DNA of 64,000 nt from NCBI GenBank assembly GCA_964548165.1, contig CAZJQD010000007.1, positions 25,665-89,664 on the forward strand, written 5' to 3'. This DNA is from an uncultured bacterium (GTDB lineage: Bacteria; UBA8481). Within the stretch, counting starts at the first letter, position 1. Each line of letters opens with the position of its first letter. Both the position numbers and the translations under genes were made by a program. The notes under the pieces are model-generated. The model did no database searches. It was not told the DNA's origin and worked only from the letters and a program-made list of their open reading frames with translations. Positions 17,412 to 26,905 of the stretch are shown in pieces.

Positions 17412-19088
17412 ATGAAACTAGCGGTCTACAAGACGCGGATCGCCTGCACGATCGGACCGGCTAGCCAAGCGCCTGAAGTGATGCTGTCCCTGCTCCATGC
17501 CGGGATGAATATTGCCCGTCTCCGTTACGCTCCCGACGATTTCGCTCACCACAAATCGGTGATCGAGAATCTTCGTCGCACCGCCCTGGAGGCTCAGAAG
17601 CCGCTGGCGATCATGGCAGATCTGCCGGGGCCGAAAAGTCGGGTCGGGGCTGAGTCGCGTGAAAACAAGAAGATGGATCACCCAGGAAATGATCAGGGAG
17701 GCGGTAAGCTTACCGAACACGACCATGACTGCCTGCAATCCGCACTGGAAAACGGCGTGGACGCCGTCTGCCTCTCCGTGGAGGAGCCGGCCAGTGTGGA
17801 CGCCGTACGAAAGGCAGCGACCGACCTGGGACGTCATCCGTTCCTCATGGCGAAGATCGACCGGGCGGCGGCACTGGACCACATCGATGAGATCCTCAGG
17901 GCTGCCGATGGCATCATGATTGCGCGAGCCGACCTCGCGGCGGAAATCCCCGTGGAGAGAATCACCATCATCCAGAAGCAGTTGACACTCAAGGCCATCC
18001 TGCTTGGCAAGCCGGTCATCACGACCACGCAGATGCTGGAATCCATGGTGAACCAGGATCGACCCACGCGGATCGAATGCGCTGACGTGGCCAACGCCAT
18101 CCTCGACGGCACGGATGGCGTAATGCTTTCCGACGAATCGGCACGGGGGAAATTCCCGGTCGAGGCGGTGAGCATGCTGGCGACGATCGCGGCAGCAACC
18201 GAGCCGCATCGGCTCGCGGGTCGCGTCCACGAAGTCTTCGCCGACTACGATCGCGACCACGATGTTCCCCTCGTGCATTTCATCTCGCACAACGTGCAAG
18301 AGACCGTGGAGCGCCTCGCACCGGCAGCTGTCATCGTCTCCACGAACACGGGGTACACGGCGCGGATGATCTCGCGCTTCAAACTGCCATTGTGGATCGT
18401 GGCTGTCAGCCCCGACGAAGCAACGTGCCAGGGGCTGCTATTTTCGTACGGCGTGCACGCGATGCACGAACCTGAGCGCCCCGAAAATTGGATCGAATTC
18501 GCAAGGCACTGGGCGCAAGGCCAGGGGCTGACAGAGGGGCTTGTGGTGTTGACTGAAGGGCCTTCGCCGGAAAACCCGAAGGCGCATCATCGCCTGGAAG
18601 TCATCGATCTGAGCCAAGCCGAGCCCAAGCCCGAAGCCAAGGTCGAGACACCGCCCGAGGTCAAGGCCGAGCCCAAGCCCGAAGCCAAGGTCGAGCCACC
18701 GCCCGAAGCCAAAGCCGAGCCCAAGCCCGAAGCCAAGGTCGAGACACCGCCCGAGGTCAAAGCCGAACTGAAGCCCGAGGCCAAGGTCGAGCCGCCGCCC
18801 GAGGTCAAAGCCGAGCCCAAGCCCGAAGCCAAGGTCGAGCCACCGCCCGAGGTCAAAGACGAGCCGAAGGCCGAAGCCAAGGTCGAGCCACCGCCCGAGG
18901 TCAAAGCCGAACCGAAGCCCGAGGCCAAGGTCGTAGCGCGTACGGAAGCGCAGGCAGACGACATGCAGAAGGCAGAAGTGGCGAACCGTTCGGACGAAAC
19001 TGCGGGGGATCAGGTCGCGCATCTGAAACGAACCGCCGTTATGGACGCGGCCCTTGAGGCTGTCAGCCAGGCGGCCACGGCGAGTTAG
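17412..19088 (+). CDS. pyruvate-kinase-like protein lacking the B (lid) domain, with a C-terminal proline/glutamate/lysine-rich repeat tail; probable pseudoenzyme
   Basis: Start at ATG 17412 (MKLAVYKTRIACTIGP) with SD AGGGTG. Conserved PK segments are present (KIDRAA..DGIMIARADLAAEIP, TQMLESM, PTRIECADVANAILDGTDGVMLSDESARGKFP). Catalytic residues are substituted: NFSHG becomes RYAPDD, DTKGPEIR becomes DLPGPKSR, ARGDLG becomes ARADLA, and SGE becomes SDE. About 6.5 copies of AEPKPEAKVE(P/T)PPEVK follow. Confidence 0.6.
   Translation: MKLAVYKTRIACTIGPASQAPEVMLSLLHAGMNIARLRYAPDDFAHHKSVIENLRRTALEAQKPLAIMADLPGPKSRVGAESRENKKMDHPGNDQGGGKLTEHDHDCLQSALENGVDAVCLSVEEPASVDAVRKAATDLGRHPFLMAKIDRAAALDHIDEILRAADGIMIARADLAAEIPVERITIIQKQLTLKAILLGKPVITTTQMLESMVNQDRPTRIECADVANAILDGTDGVMLSDESARGKFPVEAVSMLATIAAATEPHRLAGRVHEVFADYDRDHDVPLVHFISHNVQETVERLAPAAVIVSTNTGYTARMISRFKLPLWIVAVSPDEATCQGLLFSYGVHAMHEPERPENWIEFARHWAQGQGLTEGLVVLTEGPSPENPKAHHRLEVIDLSQAEPKPEAKVETPPEVKAEPKPEAKVEPPPEAKAEPKPEAKVETPPEVKAELKPEAKVEPPPEVKAEPKPEAKVEPPPEVKDEPKAEAKVEPPPEVKAEPKPEAKVVARTEAQADDMQKAEVANRSDETAGDQVAHLKRTAVMDAALEAVSQAATAS
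18618..18932 (+). repeat. 48-nt coding tandem repeat, about 6.5 copies
   Basis: Unit gccgagcccaagcccgaagccaaggtcgagacaccgcccgaggtcaag with a few substitutions per copy. It encodes AEPKPEAKVETPPEVK. Antisense ORFs 18438-19112 and 18587-18964 are shadows of this repeat. Confidence 0.9.
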
Positions 19089-19288
19089 GACGAAACGTGA
19101 AGACCTCGCCAAGGGCAGTGTCGCGACTCTCGCCCAGAGGGTGAAAGTTCACCGGCCGGGCATATTCAGGCTGCTCGGGTGTCCAAAGCCTAATCTGCGC
19201 TGTCTGCGAAATCTGCGGATGAATTCTCCGGGTTTCAAGGATCTCCGTTCCCGTTTCCAGTCAGTCTGACCCCCTATATACTGGCCGG

Positions 19289-19867
19289 ATGAATCGGGGC
19301 CTTCGAGCAGTCCTCCTGGTAGTCGCTATCGCGGTGACCCTGGCCATCCATCTCAAGACCAAGCGCCTGGAGAGCCCCAGCCTGAATACGATGGTCGCGG
19401 GGCCAGAGGAGCGCGAAGAGTCGTCCTCCCTCCTCGGTCGCACGGCTCCCGAATTCGCCCTCCCGAACCTCGACGGGTCGACCCTGGCGCTCGCTGACCT
19501 TCGGGGCGAGACCGTGGTCCTGAACTTCTTCGCAACCTGGTGCGGACCCTGCCGCATGGAGATGCCCGACCTCTCGCGCTTCTCCACGAGCGCTCGAGCG
19601 CGCGGCATCCGCGTGGTGGGCATCGACGTGCAGGAGCCTCCGACCGTCGTGCGTGAGTTCGTCGCGTCCATGGCCCTCGCCTTTCCCGTGCTCCTCGATG
19701 AGGACGGCGCGGCGAGCGAGGCCTATGGGGTCGAGGCCTTTCCCACGACCCTCCTGATCGATCCGTCGGGCGCCGTCGTGGCCGTCCAGGTCGGCATGAT
19801 CGAGAACTTCGACGAGTGGTATGCCGAGGCCTCGCGCACGTCCACCGCGCCTCCTGACCGCACGTGA
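19289..19867 (+). CDS. TlpA/ResA-family thiol-disulfide oxidoreductase (membrane anchored)
   Basis: N-terminal TM helix and thioredoxin fold with active site WCGPC (FFATWCGPCRMEMP). Confidence 0.85.
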   Translation: MNRGLRAVLLVVAIAVTLAIHLKTKRLESPSLNTMVAGPEEREESSSLLGRTAPEFALPNLDGSTLALADLRGETVVLNFFATWCGPCRMEMPDLSRFSTSARARGIRVVGIDVQEPPTVVREFVASMALAFPVLLDEDGAASEAYGVEAFPTTLLIDPSGAVVAVQVGMIENFDEWYAEASRTSTAPPDRT

Positions 19868-20868
19868 CCGCCGCGCTCGAATTCACGGACGTCAGCGTCC
19901 GTTACCGGAATACCTGGGGCCGCGGCGTTCAGGCCCTGGACGGAATGGACCTCGTCGTGGAGCCCGGAGCCATCTTCGGCCTCCTGGGTCCGAACGGCGC
20001 CGGCAAGTCGACGGCCGTCTACGTCGCGCTCGGCCTCATCCGCCCCCAGGGCGGGTCCTGCCGCGTCTTCGGCCGCGTCCTGGAACGCGGCTCCGAGGCC
20101 TTTCACGACATCGGCTATCTCCCCGAGGAAGCCCACTACCACAACGACCTGACCGTGCGCGAGGCGCTGACCATCTACGCGCTCCTCAGTGATCCGGCGC
20201 GTTCGTGGCCCGTCGACGAGACGCTCGATCGCGTCGGCATGCTGGCCGCCGCCGACCGCCGGCTCGGCACCTGCTCCAAGGGCATGCGGCAACGCCTGGG
20301 GCTCGCCCAGGCCATCATCCACCGGCCGCGCCTCCTGATCCTCGACGAGCCGACGCGCGGGCTCGATCCCGTCATCGTGCACTCGTTCCGCGTTGTCCTC
20401 GAGGAACTCGCGCGCGAGGGCACGACCATCTTCCTGAACTCGCACGTGCTCTCGGAGGTCGAGCAGATCTGCACGCGCGTCGCCATCCTCACGAGCGGTC
20501 GCGTGGCGCTGACCGGGAGCCTCAAGGACCTCCTGCCCGTCGGCGAGGGATACCGCGTCCGCTACGCGACCGCGGACGGGAACGGCGGAGCGCTCCTTCA
20601 CGGCGCCGTCCGGCGGGACGATCACTGGGAGGCTACCGTTCCCGAGGCCGCGCTCGACGCCGCCTGGACGACGCTTCGCGCCGGCAAGGCCTCCATCCTC
20701 CTCGTGGAACGCCACCGCCAATCGCTCGAGGAACTCTTCGTCCGCACCGTATCTACGGGCACGGTCTCGACCGGCACCGTCGCGACGGGCGCCATCACAG
20801 CGGGCGCCCACACCGCAGCCACCACTCCGCCCCACGTCTCGCCCGCATCGAAGGACACGTCCGCGTGA
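19864..20868 (+). CDS. ABC transporter ATP-binding protein
   Basis: Walker A GPNGAGKST, signature CSKGMRQR, Walker B LLILDEP, H-loop NSH. GTG start overlapping the upstream TGA (GTGA). Confidence 0.85.
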   Translation: MTAALEFTDVSVRYRNTWGRGVQALDGMDLVVEPGAIFGLLGPNGAGKSTAVYVALGLIRPQGGSCRVFGRVLERGSEAFHDIGYLPEEAHYHNDLTVREALTIYALLSDPARSWPVDETLDRVGMLAAADRRLGTCSKGMRQRLGLAQAIIHRPRLLILDEPTRGLDPVIVHSFRVVLEELAREGTTIFLNSHVLSEVEQICTRVAILTSGRVALTGSLKDLLPVGEGYRVRYATADGNGGALLHGAVRRDDHWEATVPEAALDAAWTTLRAGKASILLVERHRQSLEELFVRTVSTGTVSTGTVATGAITAGAHTAATTPPHVSPASKDTSA

Positions 20869-21701
20869 GCCGCTTCGTCGTCGCCCTTCGCCTCAGCCTC
20901 CTGACACTCTCGCGGAGCTGGTTCTTTCTCGTCAGCCTCCTGCCGCCTGTCCTCATCCTCCTCTTGACCGGCGCCATCGCCGCCGGATTGGCCTTCTACC
21001 CCAATCTCGAGCAGGATCAGTTCCAGGCCTTCGGCTACCTGGCCGCGCTCACGATCTTTCTCTTCCTCTTCGGACTGGCGCTGATCCTGGGCGTGATCGC
21101 GGTCAAGCGCGAGCTCCGGGAGCGCTCGGTCAAGATGCTCCTCTGCCGCCCGGTCGGCTTTCACCAGTGGCTGGCCGCCCGGCTCCTCGGCGGCGTCATC
21201 GTGCTGACCGTGGCCGCCGTCGCCAACGGCGTCGCCCTCGCCGCGACACTCGGCGTCCTGGGCTTCCCGTTCGGTCGGGACCAGGTCATGGCCGGGTTCC
21301 TCGTCTATGCGTCGCTCATCGCGCTCTACGCCTACGCCGCCTTTCTCTCGACCGTGATGCACGAGATTCCCGCCGCCATGGTCGCTGTTTTCTTCAACGG
21401 CCCGATCTATCGCGGCATCGCCTATCTCGGCATGACCATCGCGAAGGGCATCGAGGCGGCCACAGAGAACAAGTTCTCCTCCGACCTCGTCACCCGGATC
21501 TTCCAGGCCGTCTACGTCCCGTGGCCCGACACCTTCCTGCCCACCTCGCTCTTCACCATCCTGAACCTCGATGGCGCCAGCCACCCGTTCCCACCGACCT
21601 TTCTCACGGACGGCGCCTGGGCCGTGCTCTATGCCGCCAACCTCATCCTCATCTTCTACGCCCTCACCGCCGCCGTCTTGCGCCGCCGCAACTTGACCTG
21701 A
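20865..21701 (+). CDS. ABC-2 type transporter permease
   Basis: GTG start overlapping the ATPase stop (GTGA). Six predicted TM helices. The track ORF 20205-21701 is an artificial upstream extension of this frame. Confidence 0.65.
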   Translation: MSRFVVALRLSLLTLSRSWFFLVSLLPPVLILLLTGAIAAGLAFYPNLEQDQFQAFGYLAALTIFLFLFGLALILGVIAVKRELRERSVKMLLCRPVGFHQWLAARLLGGVIVLTVAAVANGVALAATLGVLGFPFGRDQVMAGFLVYASLIALYAYAAFLSTVMHEIPAAMVAVFFNGPIYRGIAYLGMTIAKGIEAATENKFSSDLVTRIFQAVYVPWPDTFLPTSLFTILNLDGASHPFPPTFLTDGAWAVLYAANLILIFYALTAAVLRRRNLT

Positions 21702-21810
21702 GAATTTTCGAGCTCCGAAGTCGTTTGGTCCTGCCGGCCATGGGGCAGTACACTACTCTTGTAGAGAACCCAATCACGGACCCCGCGTCCCTGGAGGAGA
21801 AGAAATCATC

Positions 21811-22449
21811 ATGATGACTCGCCGCGGCCTTGCCGCCCTGATCCTCTCGATCGGGATTCCCGTCCTCTATGCCTGCGACAGTGCCGCGGCCCCGACACCG
21901 GAGAAACCGACCTCGGCCACCGCACCCGCGGCCGCCCCCGCCTCCGCCCCTGCGGCAACACCCGCGACCGCGACCTCCGCGTCCGAGACTGCGGCAACAC
22001 CGGCCGCGCCCCCCGCGGAGGCGCTCGGCATCCAACCCCTGCCCTTCAGCCGCATCGTCGAGATCGTCCAGAAAGCCCAGGGCCAGGTCGTCTTCTTCCA
22101 CGTCTACGCATCCTGGTGCGGGCCGTGCCGCGTCGAGTTCCCGGAAGTCGTCGAGCTCGGTAAGCGCTATCGCGCGCAGGGGCTCAAGATGGTCCTCGTC
22201 TCCGTCGACGAGCGCCGCGGCGACCTCGAGACCTTCCTGCGCCCCCACAATGCCAACATGGTCTCCCCGGCCTACCTCATGACTGGACCCCAGCAGGAAT
22301 TTGCCACGGGCCTGAGAACGCTTGGGGCCCACTTCGAGGGCGGAATCCCCTACACGGCCGTCTACGGCCGCGATGGCAAGCTCGTCACCGAGTGGACGGG
22401 CTCGCGGAACATGGCCCACTTCGAACGGGTGATCCAGCCGCTCCTGTAG
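21811..22449 (+). CDS. TlpA-family thioredoxin-like lipoprotein with Ala/Pro/Thr-rich linker
   Basis: Signal plus lipobox (GIPVLYAC), an APT-rich linker, and a thioredoxin fold with WCGPC. SD GGAGGAG upstream. Confidence 0.8.
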   Translation: MMTRRGLAALILSIGIPVLYACDSAAAPTPEKPTSATAPAAAPASAPAATPATATSASETAATPAAPPAEALGIQPLPFSRIVEIVQKAQGQVVFFHVYASWCGPCRVEFPEVVELGKRYRAQGLKMVLVSVDERRGDLETFLRPHNANMVSPAYLMTGPQQEFATGLRTLGAHFEGGIPYTAVYGRDGKLVTEWTGSRNMAHFERVIQPLL

Positions 22450-22502
22450 CGAATCGAGGGAGACGGTCTCCATTTTCCGAGATCTGCGCCGGACCGCCTA
22501 GC

Positions 22503-23915
22503 GTGCGCCCGTTCTCCCGGCGGTTTCTCGGAGTCCTCCTGATCTTCGGCATCATCGGCGGGGGCCTCGGGCTCCGGCTCGCGCACGCGGCCGATCCCTT
22601 CCTGCGACCTCACGAGGACGACAACGCGCGCTACGGGCTCGCCGCGCGCAACCACCTCCGGCTGGGACTCGGCGCCACCCGCGGCGCGATCTGCCTGGCA
22701 ACCGGCGGTCACGCACCGATACCCGGCGACTTCTACCTCAATCACCCTGCGACGCTCACCTACATCCTCGCCGGAAGTTTCGCCCTTCTGGGCGGGTCGC
22801 CGCTCGCCACGCGCCTCCCCGCGATCCTCGCTTCGATCGCCGGCATCCTGTTCCTCTTCGCGGCCACGCGCCGGCGCTTCGGCGAGAACGTGGCACTCCT
22901 TGCGGCCGGATTCCTCGCCTTCGCTCCCGGGAGCGTCTGGGCCGGCAGGCTCGCGGTCTTCCTCCCGTTCATCCTCCCACTGGGCGTCCTGGCGCTCGAC
23001 CGCCACGATCGCGCGGTCAGCGCGGCGGCCGCGCGAGGAGGCGCCTGGTTCGGGGACACCGCCGTCGCTGTCGCCGTACTCGTCGCCACGCTCATCGACT
23101 GGGCCGGACTCCTCCTGCTTCCCGCGCTGGCCCTCCTCGGGCGGCGCGGGCTCGGCCTTCCCCTGCTGGCCGGCGCCGTCGCCGCCGCCTGGAACCTGGC
23201 CCACATCCTCTTCGTGGCCGGCTCCTCCGGCATCCTCGACCTTCTCGCCCACGCGCTCGGGCGAGCGGGCCTGGCCGGACTGGCACCCTCGACGGAAGCG
23301 GTGCCCCATGCCGCGTTCGCATGGAGCAGCCTGCCGCGAATTCTCCTGTTCGAACACCTGCCCTACCTCTTCACGCCCTTCGCCGCGATAGCGGCCCTGG
23401 CCGGCCTGGCCCTGGCGGTCGCCACCCGCTCCTGGACGCCGCGGACGCGGTGGCTCGCGGCGCTCCTCTCCTGGGGCGCGCTCTATGTCGCCTGTTTCCC
23501 GCAAGCGGCCGCCGTCCACGATTACTGGGTTTACTATCTCCTGCCTGCCGCCGGCATTGGATTCGGCCTGGCCGTCGACCGCCTCGCGCAACCGACGCCA
23601 GGCGGCGGCTCCGGCCTGGTCCCCCGTCGCATCATCGCCCTCTTGATCGTCCTCCTTTCCCTCGACCAGGCTCTCCGCATCCTCGAACGGCGCTACTGGA
23701 ACGACACCGGGTGGTATAAGGACGCGTGGGAAGTCGTGGCCTTCGCCCATCGGGAAGGCGCCCGCCCCGGCGACACCGTGATCGTCCGCGAACCCATCCA
23801 CTCCTTCATCGCGCAGAACGCGATCGATTGTCGAGTTATCCACTCCCCGGAAATACCGCATACGATGGGGTTGATTCGCTCCGGCCCGCGCCTGAGAATG
23901 AACCCCGGACCTTAG
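22503..23915 (+). CDS. GT-C fold glycosyltransferase (ArnT/PMT-like, GT39/GT83 family)
   Basis: About 11 TM helices with an N-terminal acidic motif (RPHEDDNARYGLAARN) typical of the ArnT/PMT family. Start assigned to the GTG at 22503, after the upstream gene's stop. The family call is moderate. Confidence 0.5.
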   Translation: MRPFSRRFLGVLLIFGIIGGGLGLRLAHAADPFLRPHEDDNARYGLAARNHLRLGLGATRGAICLATGGHAPIPGDFYLNHPATLTYILAGSFALLGGSPLATRLPAILASIAGILFLFAATRRRFGENVALLAAGFLAFAPGSVWAGRLAVFLPFILPLGVLALDRHDRAVSAAAARGGAWFGDTAVAVAVLVATLIDWAGLLLLPALALLGRRGLGLPLLAGAVAAAWNLAHILFVAGSSGILDLLAHALGRAGLAGLAPSTEAVPHAAFAWSSLPRILLFEHLPYLFTPFAAIAALAGLALAVATRSWTPRTRWLAALLSWGALYVACFPQAAAVHDYWVYYLLPAAGIGFGLAVDRLAQPTPGGGSGLVPRRIIALLIVLLSLDQALRILERRYWNDTGWYKDAWEVVAFAHREGARPGDTVIVREPIHSFIAQNAIDCRVIHSPEIPHTMGLIRSGPRLRMNPGP

Positions 23916-23918
23916 CGC

Positions 23919-24413
23919 ATGGATCTCTATCTCCTGAGGCATACGTCGGCCGCGGACCCGCATGGGTACGCCCAGGACGCCGACCGTCCGCTCACGGAGG
24001 CCGGCCGCTACGAAGCGGAGCGCGTCGCCGAGGCGATGCGGTGCCTTGGCTGGCAACCCGAGCTCGTCCTCACGAGCCCCTACCGGCGCGCACGCGAGAC
24101 CGCCACGATCGTCGCCGCCCACCTCAAGACCGAATCGCCCACGGACGTCGGCGGCCTGCTACCCGGCGCCGACCACATGGTGCTCCTGGAACATCTCTCC
24201 GCCCGTCGCGCGCAGGCGGTTCTGCTCGTCGGCCACGCCCCCGACCTCCCCCAGCTCCTGGCTCTCCTCTGTTGCGGCGAGGAGATCGTGATGGCCGAGA
24301 TGTCCAAGGGCGCGCTCGTGCATCTCCAGGCGGAACGCCCCCTGCGCAAGCGCCGCGCCCTCCTGCGATCGCTCATCCCCCTGCGCCTCGCGGCGCGCCT
24401 CACCCCGGACTGA
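23919..24413 (+). CDS. sixA: phosphohistidine phosphatase SixA (histidine phosphatase superfamily)
   Basis: N-terminus LYLLRHTSA (RHG-type motif), about 164 aa, with a GHAPDLPQL segment. Confidence 0.75.
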   Translation: MDLYLLRHTSAADPHGYAQDADRPLTEAGRYEAERVAEAMRCLGWQPELVLTSPYRRARETATIVAAHLKTESPTDVGGLLPGADHMVLLEHLSARRAQAVLLVGHAPDLPQLLALLCCGEEIVMAEMSKGALVHLQAERPLRKRRALLRSLIPLRLAARLTPD

Positions 24414-24422
24414 TCGATCGCG

Positions 24423-24442
24423 GACCGCGCACTGCCGCGGTC
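24423..24442. terminator. GC hairpin between convergent sixA and response-regulator genes
   Basis: GACCGCG-cactgc-CGCGGTC, 7-bp stem with a 6-nt loop. There is no clear U tract. Confidence 0.25.
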
Positions 24443-24462
24443 TGCCGGTGGGATTCCGCCGG

Positions 24463-25827
24463 CTACTTTTCGATCCGGAACTTCTCCAGCCGATAGAGAA
24501 ACGTGTGGCGCGTCATGCCCAGGAGGCGGGCCGCCGCGGCCTGGTTGCCGTTCGTCCGGCGGAGCGCCTCGTCGAGGAGATACTTCTCCAGCGCGAAAAA
24601 GTCGATGCCGGCCTCCGGGAGTCGAAAGCCGTAGTCGGCGGGCGCGGCCGGCGCTCGTTCGCGCACCGATTCCGGGAGATCCTCCAGCCCGATGGGACGC
24701 GCTTGCGGCGTGCCGGCGCCCGAGAGGATCAGGACGCGCTCGAGGACGTTCAGGAGTTCGCGGACATTGCCCGGCCACGCGGCCGAGCGCAATGCGGCCA
24801 TGGCCTCGGGATCGATCGGATGAGCGCCCAGGCGATCGCGCGCGATGACCTCGATATCCTCCGTTCTTTCCCGCAAGGGTGGCACGGCGATGGGAAAGAC
24901 CTGGAGGCGATAATAGAGATCGGCACGGAAGCGGCCGGCGGCGACGTTCCTCTCGCAGTCGGCGTTCGTGGCGGCAATGACGCGGACGCTGACCGTGCGC
25001 GACTTCGTCGCCCCGATCGGCGTCACCGCCCGATCCTCGAGCACGCGAAGCAACTTGGCCTGCGCGGGTAGCGGAAGGTCCCCGATCTCGTCGAGGAGCA
25101 GAGTGCCCCCATCCGCGCGGACGAAGACGCCGTCGTGATCGGACACCGCGCCGGTGAAGGCGCCGCGCCGATGGCCGAAGAGCTCGCTCTCGATGAGCTC
25201 CGAGGGAATGGCCGCGCAGTTGACGGCCACGAAGGGTCCGGTCGAGACCGCGGACAAGGCGTGGATCCGCCGCGCCACCAGCTCCTTGCCAACGCCGGTC
25301 TCGCCGGTCACCAGGACCGTCGTCGGCGTCGGCGCGACGCGATCGATCTGCGAGAGCACGTCGCGCATGGCGCGGGAATCGCCGAGAATGCGGTGTCGAT
25401 GGCTCAGCTCGGCGCGGAGGTGATCGACCTCGCCGCGGAGTCCCGCCAGCTCCGCCGCCTTCTCCAGGGTCACCAGGAGCCGCTCGGTCGTGACGGGCTT
25501 CTGCAGGAAATCGGCGGCCCCCTCGCGCACCGCCTCCACCGCCCGCTCGATCGAGCCATGCGCGGTCAGGACGATGACCGGCAGAAGCGGCCGAAGCTCC
25601 TTCAAGCGCGCCGTCAGCGCGAGGCCGTCCATGCCGGGCATCGCGAGGTCCGTGATCACGATCTGGATGGAGGCAAGGTCCGTCGCGAGGAGCGCGGAGG
25701 GATCGGCGAAGACGCGGACATGATGACCAGCCAGTTCCAGGCCAAGCGAGAGCGCTTCCCTGAGATTGGCATCATCGTCGACGAGAGCAATGTTCAGCGC
25801 GCGCCTCGCGCTCACGTCCGCCCCCAC
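24463..25827 (-). CDS. sigma-54-dependent response regulator (NtrC family: REC, AAA+, Fis HTH)
   Basis: REC domain with the phospho-acceptor aspartate (ITDLAMPGMDG). AAA+ motifs GETGVGKE, ESELFGH and the GAFTGA loop. C-terminal HTH (AAAARLLGMTRHTFLYRLEKF). Confidence 0.9.
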   Translation of the reverse strand: MGADVSARRALNIALVDDDANLREALSLGLELAGHHVRVFADPSALLATDLASIQIVITDLAMPGMDGLALTARLKELRPLLPVIVLTAHGSIERAVEAVREGAADFLQKPVTTERLLVTLEKAAELAGLRGEVDHLRAELSHRHRILGDSRAMRDVLSQIDRVAPTPTTVLVTGETGVGKELVARRIHALSAVSTGPFVAVNCAAIPSELIESELFGHRRGAFTGAVSDHDGVFVRADGGTLLLDEIGDLPLPAQAKLLRVLEDRAVTPIGATKSRTVSVRVIAATNADCERNVAAGRFRADLYYRLQVFPIAVPPLRERTEDIEVIARDRLGAHPIDPEAMAALRSAAWPGNVRELLNVLERVLILSGAGTPQARPIGLEDLPESVRERAPAAPADYGFRLPEAGIDFFALEKYLLDEALRRTNGNQAAAARLLGMTRHTFLYRLEKFRIEK

Positions 25828-26873
25828 GCGAGGACAAACCGGGCGCCGCCCAGGGGGGAATCGTCCACGGCGAGCCGCCAGCCGTGAGCGTCGGCGACAC
25901 CGCGAACGATGGCCAGTCCCAGGCCCGATCCGCCGGCCCGTCGTCCGACAAAAGGCTCGAAGACGGCATCGCGATCACCCGGCGCGATACCCGGACCCGA
26001 ATCCTCGATGAGCAACCGCTCGGCCTCGACGCGAACATGAACTTCCGACGGTATCGGCTCCGAGCGCGCCGTCTTCGACCCTGAGGTTTCCGCATCGTCG
26101 CGAGCTCGGGTCGGGCTTCCCTTTCCGTGGCGCGCCGCGGCGACGGCGTTCTGCAAGAGATTGCGTATGGCTCTCTCCGCCAGTCCCGGGTCCGCGGAGA
26201 TTCGGTCCGGCGCCCCGTCGACGTCGAGCGTGACGACGACGCCCGTGGCCGTCACGCGAAGAGCGGCAACCAGGCGCTCCACGAGCGGGGCCATCGCCAC
26301 GTTGACGCACCGAGCCTCGATCGGGCGGGCAAGATTGAGATAGTCACCCAACAGGGCCTCGATCCGATCGGCCTCCTCGGTCACGACATCGAGCAGGTGC
26401 GAGAGCCGATCGTCTCCCAATCGCGCGCGAACGGCCGGCGTTCCCAGCGCGCCGCCGGCCGCCGTGATCGTCTGGAGCGGATTGCGGACGTCGTGCGCCA
26501 ACATCGCGGCGAGCTCGCCCACCCTCGCCAGGTTGCGCTGGCGCGCCAGCTCGTCCGCGTCCCGGACGCGCCGATCCGTCAGCTCGCCGACCAAGCCGCC
26601 GACCAGCAGGTAGAAGCCGAACTCGGCCACGAGCGCCGACGAGGATCCGCCGTAGAGCGCGTGGTGCTGGTGATGGCTTCCCACGAGAAAGAAGGTGGGG
26701 AGGTAGGCGACGATGACGAGCACGGCGGCGCCGAGACCTCCGGTCCGCCCGAACCAGACGGCGGCCAGGAGGACGGGGATCGTGAGGAGGCGAAAGTGCA
26801 GGAAGTGCGTGGGATCGTCGTGGCCGATGAGCCCGTAATGAAGGAGAAGAACGAGGGCCCCAAGGCCGCCCAC
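25812..26873 (-). CDS. sensor histidine kinase (membrane; HisKA plus HATPase_c)
   Basis: Three N-terminal TM helices. H-box LAHDVRNPL, and G-boxes DSGPGI and GGSGLGLAI. The gene overlaps the response-regulator start by 16 nt. Confidence 0.85.
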   Translation of the reverse strand: MGGLGALVLLLHYGLIGHDDPTHFLHFRLLTIPVLLAAVWFGRTGGLGAAVLVIVAYLPTFFLVGSHHQHHALYGGSSSALVAEFGFYLLVGGLVGELTDRRVRDADELARQRNLARVGELAAMLAHDVRNPLQTITAAGGALGTPAVRARLGDDRLSHLLDVVTEEADRIEALLGDYLNLARPIEARCVNVAMAPLVERLVAALRVTATGVVVTLDVDGAPDRISADPGLAERAIRNLLQNAVAAARHGKGSPTRARDDAETSGSKTARSEPIPSEVHVRVEAERLLIEDSGPGIAPGDRDAVFEPFVGRRAGGSGLGLAIVRGVADAHGWRLAVDDSPLGGARFVLAWGRT

Positions 26874-26905
26874 GACGGCCAGGCGGAGGCGAGGGGACGT
26901 CGGGA

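Noticed and set aside
18618-18932. CRISPR array
   Set aside because: The only regular repeats (48-nt, 21-nt, 18-nt palindrome pairs, 51-bp duplication) are coding tandem repeats or two-copy elements without variable spacers. No cas genes are present.
17412-19088. Annotating the gene simply as pyruvate kinase (pyk)
   Set aside because: The B domain is absent and several catalytic or K+-site residues are replaced, so an active pyruvate kinase is unlikely. I kept it as PK-like.
18438-19112. 224-aa and 125-aa minus-strand ORFs over the 48-nt repeat
   Set aside because: Reverse-complement reading of the repeat tail of the PK-like gene. They are periodic low-complexity translations only.
19289-21701. 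Cytochrome c maturation (CcmA/CcmB/CcmG) interpretation of the TlpA-ABC unit
   Set aside because: The permease is an about 280-aa ABC-2 type protein, not CcmB-like, and no ccmC/D/E/F/H are adjacent. The TlpA family is much broader than CcmG.
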